Source: Neoconidiobolus thromboides FSU 785
Taxonomy: Eukaryota > Fungi > Entomophthoromycota
Assembly: GCA_025603075.1 (NCBI GenBank)
Contig: MU626343.1
Span: forward strand, 1 to 64,000
DNA length: 64,000 nucleotides
Direction: 5' to 3'
Both the position numbers and the translations under genes were made by a program. Positions 41,944 to 53,816 of this stretch are shown one piece after another. Under the pieces are notes generated by a model. That model saw only the letters and a list, made by a program, of their open reading frames with translations, was not told the DNA's origin and searched no databases. Every line of letters starts with the position of its first letter. Position 1 is the stretch's first letter.

Positions 41944-42048
41944 CTCTGGGGATATATTTTTTTTGTTAAAGAATTTTGCTAACAATCTTTCCGCTCAAAT
42001 ACCACTTAAAAATGGAAAAAGTAATAAAGACAAAAAAACATCCCTTAC
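41944..42048 (+). mobile_element. ~98-bp MITE copy, degenerate
   Basis: Full-length core GGGGATAT...CATCCC; flanks do not match. Confidence 0.82.
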
Positions 42049-42532
42049 TTTAAAATACATCTGATGTTTCTATTTTTTTTGTTTCTATTCATAAAACAAT
42101 TGAGAATCATCAGCTCTTCTAAGTTTTTGAAAAGCAATGAGTATAATTTATACTCACATTATATTAACTAAAATTTAAAATTAAATAGAAATAAAAACAA
42201 GTTAAAAAGATAACTGCATAACACACAATGAATAAAATAAAAGAGCATAGTGACTGCTTTTTTTAGTAACGTTTATTCTAAAAATTTGAATAATACTAGG
42301 GAGTAGATACAGTAGTAACAGTATGGCGTCTTTATAAGACAATAAAATCTGGGCAACTGCCTGGTTATAATTTCGGATCCAGAAAATAGGATAATAGCCA
42401 TTTTTGATTACTATCATTCATTAGTTAGTACTTTATGCTAAATTAATTTGATCAATATGATTATTTATAGAATAGTAATAAAGCATGTAAAGTTAAAAAG
42501 ATCGTATACAAGAAGTTAGACTTTCAATCATT

Positions 42533-42638
42533 AAATGGTGATGTGTTTTTGTATTTAAGAATTTTACTAATAATTTTCCACTCAAATAGCGCTTAAAGGA
42601 TGGAAAAAGTGATGAAGCCAAAAGAAACACTCCCAAAT
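42533..42638 (+). mobile_element. ~98-bp MITE copy
   Basis: Full-length; direct flank duplication AAAT/AAAT. Confidence 0.92.
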
Positions 42639-42780
42639 GTTGTGATATATATAGTTTATCTAATATTTTGATTCATCCATGAAGCAAAATATAAAAAAGC
42701 AGCAAATCCATTATAAAGGTTTTCAATTGATTTAAGCCAATTTTTTAACGGAGGAGTCTTGATGATTTATAACAGTAGTA

Positions 42781-43494
42781 TCAAAAACAGAAATCAAACC
42801 TGTTTGAGTAGTTAAGGTATCCAAAAAGTATGTAATCTGTATAAGTTGCCTTTTCATCTTCCAAAAACTTGTGTTTAGCTAATCTTTCGCAAAATGTTGA
42901 GAACATTTTTCCAATCATATGCCGTGTGGCTTCTTTATCATGAGTAAGCACCTTTAAATATATTCCAAACCTTATTTCTTGCTCTTCAGCTTCTGAATCT
43001 TTATAAAATTTTAACATTGTTAAGTAAAATAAGGGTCCAAAGATATATTTATACTCTAATAATGTATTAGCAAAGCTTTGAAGTTCTAGAGATACATTGT
43101 TTCCTGAATATTTTCCTTCAAGGTACCTAGCAACTATTGACGGTTCGGAAGTTATAGCCTCAACATCAAGACTTATAAGATACAGGTTATTCTAAAATAC
43201 TTTTATAATAAATGAGATAAAATTAGTAAGAAATAGTTACCTTAAATCTGAGAATTCCTCGTTATCCCCAATATACATAAACTTATCCATAATAATCTTG
43301 ACATTATCTTCAAGAAATGTAAGCTTTTTCGCATTAAGGCCAACTTTCTTAATAAATAAATTAAAACAATATTTGATTAAAGCATAATCTTTTACCTTAT
43401 GCTTTAAAGCTAACAAAGTTCTCCATACTAATGGATTAGATAAAGTGCCTGCCCTCTTTTCTATCAACTCGTGAATTTCTATCATCTTTATCAA
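42781..43494 (-). pseudogene. Fragmented ORFs of unknown product (possibly a helical-repeat gene relic)
   Basis: Two protein-like ORFs (85 and 78 aa) with splice-like signals, but no stop-free spliced model could be built by hand. Confidence 0.3.
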
Positions 43495-44466
43495 AATTAA
43501 AAGACAAAAAAAGCATCTTTGTTTATCTCATCAAAATAAAACTTATTTATTTTATGGATTAACCTCAACTTTTCATTTCAAATTAAGTTTTGGAACTGAT
43601 TAAATAAAAAAATGGAAGTAAAATCGAAGTTATAGGAAACAGTGGATTTCAAGTAATAAAAATGATCAAAAGTATAAAAACGTTAAACAATACTGAACAA
43701 AAGCCCATAAAAAAACAATATTCTGGCTACTATTAAAATCATAATAAAGATACTCGATTTCTATCACTTAGTTGATAAAGAGGGAGGAGGGCCATATAGT
43801 CCTTATTGGTGGTAGATTCTAATATATTTAAAACAATTATTTACATTCCACTAACTTTTGTTTACTATTAGCCTAAAGTTTAGCTTTTTATTATATAGCC
43901 TTGATTTTTAAATCAATAATTTTACCCTCAAAAATGTTGTAAGGCACATTTTGAAACTAAGAGAGTATTATAATATACAAACGACAGTAAACTACCTTCA
44001 AGTATTGCTTTATCTATCAATCAAACTTGGAGTAAAACCCCCTTGATCGTCATTGGCATGAATTACATATATAAATATAAAACCATAGCAACTAGATTGA
44101 GTTTACATACTATACCAACCTTTTATCCCCCCCACGGTCATTTGCTCTTTAGTCAGCTTGAATACTAATTAAATCCTACCATGTTTTTCCTTGAACCAAT
44201 ATTAATTCATGTGATTAATAAAGCCTAAGAGAAAGGCAGGAGTTACTTTATATGTACGAAGAAACTTATTCTAGTATTTTAATCAAACAGTTTTTTGGAG
44301 AGAAGTAAGAGTTCATTAAATCGAATGGAGGCCTTTTATTACCTTTAAATGAACTGATTGATGAGAAGAAGTATTCAGGTGGCGAGATAGATAGATAGAT
44401 ACATTCTTCTCTAACTTATCGATTTATCGGTTTTTAGTTTTAGTTATATAGTTGGCTGCAATGACT

Positions 44467-44572
44467 ATATGGAGATGTTTTTTTAGTTTCATTACTTTTC
44501 CCATCTTTTAAGCGCTATTTGAGTGGAAAGATTGTTAGTAAAATCCTTAAACACAAAAATACATCCCCATAT
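44467..44572 (-). mobile_element. ~98-bp MITE copy
   Basis: Full-length; flanks ATAT/ATAT. Confidence 0.93.
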
Positions 44573-44829
44573 GCTGTTTGACCATTGAAAACGATTTAAT
44601 TAATGACAGCCCAAGTCCTGATTGACACATTAAAGGTCATTGATAATTTAAAACATTGATTTGTTACAATTCAACAGCTTTATTAGGAGTGTGCGGGTTC
44701 TTTTGACCCTTAACTAAGCTTATTTATGAATAAATAAATAAATTGAAAGAAACATTTGTTAACTTGAATAAAATATTGTAAAGCTTTATAAATCAAATCG
44801 AACTAAAACATACTAAAACATAATATAGT

Positions 44830-45207
44830 TTAATAACCAATTCCTCTTAAGTAATTGGAAAGCTATGAGGCAACTCTTGAAGCTTCATCATATTGAGTAG
44901 AATCACCATGAATACCAATAATGATATCCTTAGTAGTTTTTGAAATGGCAACACCGCCATGTCCAAGTTTATCATCAACTTATCATCAACCTTGATACAC
45001 ATCTTCCTTTCCCCATTTATAATAATTACATTGGCATAAAAGATACTTGGATCATTAAATCCTTCTATTATAGTTTGTAATCCCTCTGGCGCGATACTAA
45101 AGTCTTCAAAAGATGCCCATACACTACCATTCTCTTTTCTAAAGATAACAGCTTGTTTAGGCTTACCAACAGTTAACACAACTTGACCAATGTACCCTTA
45201 TCAAGGC
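44830..45207 (-). pseudogene. Profilin pseudogene A
   Basis: **GYIGQV/LTVGKPKQAVIFRKENGSVWASFEDFSIAPEGLQTIIEGFNDP...INGERKMCIKVDDK, frameshift at an 11-bp duplication, then LGHGGVAISKTTKDIIIGIHG...VAS*LSNYLRGIGY*. Confidence 0.8.
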
Positions 45208-46125
45208 TTTTTTTTAAATTTTAATTCAAATAGGAAAGATATTTTAAAAAGTTGTAATTAGTTTGCTATTATGTGAAAGCTTGCTTAAATTATGCATTGC
45301 TACTTCATAAAGTTTATCAAGGATATCCTTGTTCTATACTTATTGATTTTTTGAATATATTTACACCAGAGGTGTAAGTAATGGGTTTTGTTCGATAAGT
45401 TTCAATTTAATGCTGCTAGGACAGGCAGTAATATCAAGTTTCTGATATTTAAATTAAAATTTATTATTACTTTTATAAATAAATACCAAATTTGCAATAT
45501 TTCCATTGGTATACTACAATAACAACTAGCTTGTCTTATATTCTATATCAATTTTTATATCTAGTTCAGTCTTTTGTTACATAACCAAATGAGATTTATC
45601 CTGTTTATTAACCCATTAAAAGCTCTATTTTTAGTGATAACCTATTTTGTACTTGAACCTTACCAACAATTTACAAGAGTACTTACCACACTGCTTATTA
45701 CTTCTCCAATATACTATATAATAAATCCATAACAAATGGAGGTGAATGAATGCCCAAGTAAAAATTCTATCACTATTTATAATAAATATTTATTATAAAG
45801 TAAAATAAACATCAACTGAAGATTTATCTGTGAAGTATAAAAATAGCTCAAATAGTTTTAAAATGACATATAGTTTAAAGGGGATCAAACCGAATCGTTA
45901 TATCGAATATTATCTGGAGCTTTTAATGTCCACTTTAATATTAAATTTAATGTTAAGCCAGTGCTGAGTTCAAATTTTTTATAATCTACAAATATGTTGT
46001 TGATTTTCTTATAGTATTATGGTAGATTCTACAAAATGAACATATTAACTCTTATTTGGCTTTATCTAGTGACCCTTTTTATTTGCAAATTTTATGTATA
46101 AATCAGTCATCCAATGTAACTTCCT

Positions 46126-46228
46126 ATATGGCAGTGTTTTTTTGGTCTTATCACTTTTTCTATTTTTTAAGTCCTGTTTGAGTGAAAAGACTATTGGTAA
46201 AATACAAACAAAAAATACATCCATATAT
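46126..46228 (-). mobile_element. ~98-bp MITE copy, degenerate
   Basis: Full-length; flanks ATAT/ATAT. Confidence 0.82.
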
Positions 46229-46697
46229 GTTGAATTTATTTAATATCATTAGGTCATTAAGTTATTTAAATGAGAGGAAATTATAAAAATGAAAACTATA
46301 ATTTTTTTATTTGAACATTTGTCTACATCGATTTACTAATCAATATAAAAGAAGATCATTTTGTTAATACAACAATTGGCTATATTAACTATTGATTAGT
46401 GTGTAATGAAAAGTAATTAACTATGAGGATTATGTTATATACGAAAGAGCCTCAGCGGTTATTATTTCAATTCTAGAGTATTTAAAAGGAACTGATCCTT
46501 GGATTCTTTTATTTTATTCATATTTTAGTTTATTTTGACTTATAAACTTTTGTTACCTTTATTTAATTAACCATAATAGTAGAAATTTAATCAAATCAAA
46601 AGCATGAATTTTTGATTCCTTTGTTCCTATTCTATATGGTTTAGTTAGGGTTTATACGGCTTATATTTCTGATAGAGCTGCTTGATTTTATTTTATC

Positions 46698-46803
46698 ATT
46701 TGAGGGTGTATTTTTTTCATTTAAGAATTTTACTAGTAATTTTTCCATTCAAATAGCATTTAAAAATGGAAAAGGTGATGAACCCCAAAAAATATCCCTA
46801 TTT
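46698..46803 (+). mobile_element. ~98-bp MITE copy
   Basis: Full-length; direct flank duplication ATTT/ATTT. Confidence 0.87.
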
Positions 46804-47072
46804 GATTCTCAAATTCACCAAAAATGTATTGAAGCACTCGAATATCAAGTAAGTTATATCAATAATTACATTTTAAACTATGTAAGCAAAAAGGTTGTTA
46901 ACATTAAATAGTAAAAAAACATGAGATTACATATATTATGAGTATTTATGTTTATTGTTTATGGGATCAGAACAAAAAAACAGCTGATATTAAATATAAG
47001 TCAATAAGCAAATAAACAATATAAATATTATTTATTACCATAGCAGTAATTTATGTTTCTTTGATTATAATT

Positions 47073-47178
47073 ATATGGGGATGTATTTTTGTGTTTAGAA
47101 AGTTTACTAACAAATTTCCCGCCTAAATAACGCTTAAAAAATGGAAAAAATAATGAAGTCAAAAAAACACTCCCATAT
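47073..47178 (+). mobile_element. ~98-bp MITE copy (close to consensus)
   Basis: 106 bp including ATAT/ATAT flanks. Confidence 0.93.
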
Positions 47179-47243
47179 AATGTCAAGCAAGTTAGTGAAA
47201 AGTAAGTATATAAAATCAAGATCAGGATTATAATAAATGCATT

Positions 47244-47347
47244 TTATGGATATGTATTTCTATATTTAAGAATTTTACTAACAATCTTTACGCCCAAATA
47301 GCGCTTAAAAGATAGAAAAAGTAATGAAATCAAAAACATCCCCATAT
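47244..47347 (+). mobile_element. ~98-bp MITE copy
   Basis: Full-length; flanks TTAT/ATAT. Confidence 0.9.
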
Positions 47348-47394
47348 CTTAGCAAAGTTGAATTGATAATTAGTTATTAAGTACAATCCTAATT

Positions 47395-47840
47395 AAACAA
47401 GGTACCATTCTTAATAATAATTCTAGTAGTATATAAACTAACTTTCAAAGGCTCTAATAGTCCATCAGAAGGAGTGTAAGTTACCATTGAAGGGTTGAAG
47501 GATTAAAAGATCTATTACTCTCTTCTCCTACCAGAGTTACTTTAAATAGGTATATAAGGATGCATTTTTATGTTTAACAATTTTATTAACAATTTTTCTG
47601 CTCAAGTAGTGCTTAAAGGATGGAAAAAGTGATGAAGTCAAAAAACACTCTCCTATATACCTTCATGCTAATCAAAAAGATATTGCTGGTAAACCTGAAC
47701 ATAGTGATATTGTCATTTCAAAAACTTCTCAGAGTAATAGCATTGGGGTTTATTATTAACTTAATCAGGATAGTGAAGCTTTAGTTGCTGTTTTGGGACT
47801 TTCTGATTACTTGAAAGGAAATAGTAAACAAACTAATTAG
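47395..47840 (+). pseudogene. Profilin pseudogene B, interrupted by a MITE
   Basis: KQGTILNNNSSSI*, FKGSNSPSEGV*VTIEGLKD*KIYY, VTLN[MITE]YLHANQKDIAGKPEHSDIVISKTSQSNSIGVYY*LNQDSEALVAVLGLSDYLKGN; aligns with pseudogene A and the profilin C-terminal LxDYL motif. Confidence 0.72.
47552..47658 (+). mobile_element. ~98-bp MITE copy inside profilin pseudogene B
   Basis: Full-length; flanks ATAT/ATAT. Confidence 0.88.
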
Positions 47841-47923
47841 CCTTTACTTATATTTTAGTTTAATTTGACTTAGGAATATTTTCTATTTTTCTTTTCTTCA
47901 ATAAATAGCAATAAAAATTTAAT

Positions 47924-48030
47924 ATATGGGGATGTATTTTTGTATTTAAGAATTTTACTAACAAACTTTCCGCTCAAATAGCACTTAAAAAATGGAAAAA
48001 ATAATGAAGTCAAAAAAAACACTCCCATAT
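47924..48030 (+). mobile_element. ~98-bp MITE copy
   Basis: Full-length; flanks ATAT/ATAT. Confidence 0.93.
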
Positions 48031-48219
48031 GTTGAAAATTTTGGACAAAACATGGTTATAGTTAATCCCTTGAAGCAAATTTCCAAAGGTAGCATTTAAC
48101 TACTTGAGTACCATGAAAGAAATTGTTCATCAAATCTTTAGAATTAGAATTGATAAGCATTGTTTGCATATGATTTAAATCAAAATTATGACAATCATTA
48201 CCCACGTAATTTAATTAAA

Positions 48220-48333
48220 TTAACCCCTCAAGTAGTGAATTTCAAAAAAAAGCTGATCCAATTGGCACAAGGTTAATTAGATTATAATCTAAAGGACAGA
48301 ATTTTTTTAGACATTTGGTACTCATAGGATCAA
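48220..48333 (-). mobile_element. Diverged copy of the putative piggyBac-like miniature element
   Basis: Begins TTAA-CCCCTCAAG, ends TTGGTACTCATAGGATCAA; aligns by eye to the reverse complement of 34867-34977. Confidence 0.4.
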
Positions 48334-48677
48334 ACGAATCTAAATCTAGAAAATATATTCATCCGTAAAAATTTAACCGAATTCCTAATTTCATTTTATT
48401 CAATTTCCATGCACCAAACTTAGCTAAACACTAAAAATGTAGTATCACCAAACAAAAAAGGGCATGATTTTAATTAGGAAATATTGATCATGCATTTATT
48501 ATCATTTTGTTTTATCTTCTTATATAATAAAGCAAAGCTTAACTAGATTGGAATCATATATATGTATCATTAACTTGAATACAACAGTTAAATCAACTAA
48601 TTTATTCAAATGAAGATTTTACATATTAAATTTGACGTTTTACTCATCAACATATTCAAGCCTTGATTAAGGGGTGT

Positions 48678-48692
48678 AAAATGATTGGTTAA
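48678..48692 (-). promoter_or_regulatory. CCAAT box upstream of Zn2Cys6 gene
   Basis: AAAATGATTGGTTAA 100 bp before the ATG. Confidence 0.55.
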
Positions 48693-48792
48693 CTTAAAAA
48701 TTAAAGTTAACTCAGGATAAAATAATTAAATAACTAATTTATTTAATGTGTTTATTATTTTTACCATCTTAATTTATATAAATTAAACTTCG

Positions 48793-50800
48793 ATGTCCGT
48801 TACATTACCAATAAAAAAAATGAATAACGGTGCTGATATAGTGTTAGATAATTTACCAGACGGAACCAAAATAAGTCGAATTTCATGTATGGTATGCCGA
48901 GTTCATCGTAAAAAATGTTCAAGAAATTATCCGTCTTGTGTGACTTGTTTAAAGCGAGGTATAGATTGTGAATATCCAAAAAGAAAAGTCAAAAATTCCG
49001 CAAAGGAAAGCGAAACTAGTGATGTACAACCAATTTTATATAAACAAGTTTTACTAGGCCCAAACATACAGCAACAGAATTTGGGAAATAGTTGTATGAC
49101 GCAAGTATTTAAATATCACGATATTGGAAAAACTTCATCAAGGGGAATTAAAGGGATTTCAAAGAATTTAAGCTATAATAATATTGATAAAAGTCGAACA
49201 GTAGAAAGAAGGAATAAAAAAAATCATAGGAGTTTATCCATTTCTGTACTCAAAGGTAATTATTTTTTAAACTTGACAATTAGTTATTTAAACAAATAGA
49301 ATTATAGCTGTAGAAATATTTTCATTTATATTAAGTAAATCCGGATTCAATTATAATAATCAAATACTATTCCGTAACGCAGATGGTAGTATGGAATATT
49401 GTGGCTCAAGTCCAGTGGGTACATTATTATTAAGTCATCTCAATTTAAGTCAAAAATTCAATACTTCCACTCAAAATTTATCCAATGTACTACCATTATT
49501 TAACAAAAAGCAATACCAAAATTTAAGTCAACATTTAATGCAAGAAATGGACATGAACTATAATTATATACTCGAAGAGTGTACCCGTGCTTACTTTCGT
49601 TGTTATTCTTTCTTTTTTCCTATCCTTGATGAAAAGTATTTAAAAGATGTAAATAGCCCATTATTAGTTAAACTCGTAGCTGCTATTGGTAGCAAATATG
49701 TCACCAAGGATCCTCCTCCAAAATACATGATTGAATGGCTTGACCATCAAGCCATAAGTGAATTCCGAAGTCAATTTTTAAGTTCTAAAATTGAAGTAAT
49801 TTTTGGTTTAATGTTAATTGGGCAATATCAGGTAGGTTCTACTGAATTTTCATCTGCCTGGTTATATCAATCATATAACATAATCTTTACACTTTTATTT
49901 GGCTTAAATAAATCATTACCAGGAAGCTTTAATCAAACATTACGACAGAAAAGATTACGATGTCATCACTGGTGGGCCTGTTGTATACAAGATAAATTAA
50001 ATACAAGTTTATTAAATCGACCCATGTTATTACATGCCAATGAAAGTAGAATGGCTTATCCCGATTTCCCTAAATTACCAAAACTTGATAACAATCCGTC
50101 GGAATTAGAATTCATTATGGGTAGAGATCAATTAGCTGGTACTTATTTTAAATATTGTGTAAGATTACATGAGTTAATAGGACACGCTACTTCATGTTTA
50201 AAGAGTCGATTTGATAAAGAAAAAAATGTATATAAAGCACATACTCTATGCCAAGCATTATTAGGTAAATTTAATTTGTGTTTTGCTAAATTTATAAAGA
50301 GGATGGATCAAATTACCCATCATCAGCCAAAATGGATGGTAGATATTAGTAATTTATTAAAGATGACCAATTTATGTTATCGTAATGCTACTATTATTCG
50401 ATTATGTAGTTATTTTCAGCGTTATGTGGATTTACCTATACATAATATTTACGATCGAATTGCAGCTCACGCATCCACCGAAATTTTGTTTTATGCTAAT
50501 GCATTAAAAGAAGATTTTTTTCGATTTGGTTTAGTGTATCGACTATATGCGGTATCTTCAGCCACTTTAGTACATGCCAGATTGGCTTCAAGAAACAATG
50601 TAAATAGTATATCATTGGATAATCATGACAAGAAATTTGAAGTAGAAAATTTACCGCAATTACCGAATATTCAAAAATGTAAAGAGTTGAGTAGTTTAGG
50701 TCTTAATTTATTGTATAATGCTAGACCTTATTTAACTATTGCTGAACAGTTTTATAAGGTTACTAACGATATGATGTTAATGGAAACAACAAAAGATTAA
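48793..50800 (+). CDS. Zn(II)2Cys6 fungal transcription factor (2 exons)
   Basis: CMVCRVHRKKCSRNYPSCVTCLKRGIDC; intron 49256-49307 joins in frame to the 469-aa ORF with Fungal_trans-type motifs (YSFFFPILDE, RLRCHHWWACCIQDKLNTSLLNRP). Confidence 0.92.
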
Positions 50801-51205
50801 TAGCAGAACATATAATATAAGCGGTAGGAGCTAAGATTCAGACATATAGCTACAGTAACGTATATGATTATTTAAGTAACCTGATTATAATAAATGTTAT
50901 AATATCGGTTTATAACTATTTTGATTATCTTTGAATAAAAAGGTAAAATAATTTCAAGAGATTTCTCTATTGTAGTATTAGTTCAAATTTAATAAATTGT
51001 ATAAATAGTTTAATAATTTAGATTTTAAATTCTGACACAAAATAGTGTTTTATTAGGATTTTAAAAAAACTATAATTGATGTATTGTTAAAAAAATCAAA
51101 TAAATTTGATGTAAAAATAATCAAAAACTAAACTGAAAAGAAAGAACTTTAATTTTGTCTTAATTTTCAAAATAGTGAAAAGTGCTTGCCTAATAAGTAA
51201 TAATT

Positions 51206-51324
51206 GGGGATGCCCTGATTGATCTCAGAATTTAGTTAAATTCAATTTTTAAGTTTTAAATTTGTAAGTCCTTAATACATAATTCAAAAGCTTAAAATTA
51301 GAGAAATTTAATTTAAAGGCTTAT
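51206..51324. repeat. Uninterrupted copy of the second ~120-bp repeat
   Basis: Reverse complement aligns across the MITE insertion at 31388-31494. Confidence 0.7.
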
Positions 51325-51330
51325 ATTTCA

Positions 51331-51429
51331 GTAGCAATATTTTTTTTGATTTCATCACTTTCTCTATTTTTAAGCACTATTTGAGTAAAAAGATTGCTAG
51401 TAGAATTCTTAAAAAATACATCCCCTTTA
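51331..51429 (-). mobile_element. ~98-bp MITE copy, degenerate
   Basis: GATTTCATCACTTTCTCTATTTTTAAGCACTATTTGAGT...ATACATCCCC; one end eroded. Confidence 0.78.
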
Positions 51430-51633
51430 ATTGTTTTTTCATTCAATGTTTAATGGATATATAATATATATATGTATAATTATTTAACTTTACTTTTTAT
51501 TAAAATAAAAATAAAAGAAATGTTAAAGTTTGTTATTGATAATAATAAATCTAACCAAGTGATGTATAAAATTAATGGTTTAAAGGAAATAGGAAACAAG
51601 AAACAAAAATCAATAAATAGCATTATTATTAAT

Positions 51634-51831
51634 ATGTGGGAGTGTTTTTTTTGACTTCATTATTTTTTCCATTTTTTAAGCGCTATTTGAGTGGAAGGAT
51701 TGTTAGTAAAATTCTTAAACAAAAAATACATCCCCGTATTTTTTGTTTAAGAATTTTACTAACAATCCTTCCACTCAAATAACGCTTAAAAGATGGAAAA
51801 AGTAATGAAGCCAAAAAAAATATCCCGATAC
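51634..51831. mobile_element. Head-to-head fused MITE pair forming a 198-bp palindrome
   Basis: Minus copy 51634-51735 directly joined to plus copy 51736-51831, which lacks its GGGGAT end. Confidence 0.9.
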
Positions 51832-52479
51832 AGTTAGTTGGTTTAAAAAAAAGGCCACTCAAAAACCACATTTTCTATAGCTATCTATTTGGAAATAGAT
51901 AGGCATAAATCCTATATTTGTGTCTGTTTATAATGTATACTATTATTAATAAAATTATCCTTTACAATGGGATCACAATTAAAAGTACTGGCTAAAATCG
52001 GAATATTATTGGCTGATTGCATTTTAAATTAAATCTTATATGGTTGACATAGTTGTTTATTTTATTACTAATAACAGCTAATCAAAATGCTATTCAAAAT
52101 TACCTACCTACACTTTAAAACCATTAGATGCTATTGATGATATTTAACGGTGTTAGGGTGTTAACATATATCAACATAATTGAAAATGAGTTATCCAAAG
52201 TTAATATAACTTTGGCCAATTAATTGTTTCTGGCTTAATTATTAAGATCAGTAAAGCAATTCAAGAATTACAAATATAATAAACCATATCTTATAGAAAC
52301 TGTTACTGCAGATTTGATTTCAATATAAGATAGGTATTTTTACTTTATACTTAGAAAATCATCATGATTAAATTCAGCGAATGCAAATTTTAAAATGCCT
52401 CATTAATATTGAAATAATTAGTAGTAAATCCATTTTTAGACAAAAATCTTGATTAATTTTCAATTAACATTATATACAA

Positions 52480-53588
52480 ATGTCATTAGCTTTGGGCTAC
52501 TCCTCCTCTTCAGAAGAAGAGAATGAAAAAATCAAAGTTAATAGTAAAAATCAAATCATCTTAACCAAACCAAAGAAAATAGAAGATTCTGATGAAGAAA
52601 CTGAATCTAAACCAATAGCTATAAAATTAAAACCACAATTACATTTTACGAAATTAAAATCAACTAGCAGAGGCTCTAAATTATTTGATATTTTACCAGA
52701 GGTCAAAGTAGTAGAAGAGGATGAAGGAGCTGAAAAATGGAAGGAAGATAAGGGGATTGTACCAAAAGAGATCAAAAAAGAAGTTATAAAGGAGACAGCA
52801 TTTATTCCAAATAGTATAAAGAAAAAGGTCAATAGTCATATACAAAAACAAGTTGAAGAAAAAAAAGAAGAGGAATTAGGTATAGATAGTTTATTCCCAA
52901 TTGGTAAGTAGTTAAAAAAGAAAGCATTTTTATTTAAAGATTTAATATTACTTTGAATTTAGATCCAGAAAGCTTCAACAATTACGCCGATGAAAGTAAA
53001 ATTGAAGAATTATCTCGACCTATAACATCGGAACAAGAATACCATGAAACCAATACTGCCATTGATGAAGTTGCCTACTATCAGACAAATGAAATCTATC
53101 GAGTAGATAAAGATAACCTTCATGCACAACAATATTTTAGGGATCAGATAGCTGATGAATTAGAAGATACCATTTACAATGGCTCTAAAAAAGAGTTGGA
53201 GGAGTTAAAAAATATGCAAAACATGCAAGAAATAGATTTGAACCAAGAATTGAATGATGAAGAGTCAATAGGTAACTTAACAAAAGGGAAAGATATCCAA
53301 CCGGAGTTTAATATCAATAGGGTAAGTTTATTGTAATTATTTTTTGAAGATAGAATTGACTTAATGATCTATTTTTTTATTTTTTTTTAGCATCAATTAC
53401 CTAGTATTGGTAAAAGAAGATATAATATTGTTTATTTAGCTAATCAAGCTAAATCAAGGGATCAAGAGTTGCAAGATTATTATAATAAAAATAAAAAAAC
53501 AAGAAACGAAGCAAAGAAAAGATATGGTAAGTGAATGATATTTTTATTGTAAAATTTCAACTTAATTTTTTAAATTTTAGGATTTTAA
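52480..53588 (+). CDS. PRCC-like (mitotic checkpoint regulator, MAD2B-interacting) protein, 4 exons
   Basis: MSLALGYSSSSEEE start; C-terminal KRRYNIVYLANQAKSRDQELQDYYNKNKKTRNEAKKRYGF* matches the PRCC C-terminal domain. Confidence 0.8.
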
Positions 53589-53816
53589 GACAATTCACTG
53601 TTTTATAAAGGAAAGTTTGATTGATCCACTTGATTACGCTACAATTTGTTAACTCTTTTGATACATCGATTCTCTTTTGCTATACTAACTTTATTTGCAA
53701 TTTGAAATAAATTCTCTTTTTTAATGTAAACAATAAAATACATAATGACTTAAGATTTTATTTTATTTTTATTTAATTTCAAATTGATAACTATTAAACT
53801 TATTTAACTCCCAAAT

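Noticed and set aside
46126-48030. CRISPR-like array reading of the clustered ~100-bp repeats
   Set aside because: Spacers vary from about 65 to 470 bp, copies occur in both orientations across the window with target duplications, and no cas-like ORF is present.
51880-51905. CTATCTATTT-GG-AAATAGATAG hairpin and GATA-rich tracts at ~22080 and ~44385
   Set aside because: Short, low-complexity GATA repeats readily form such stems by chance.
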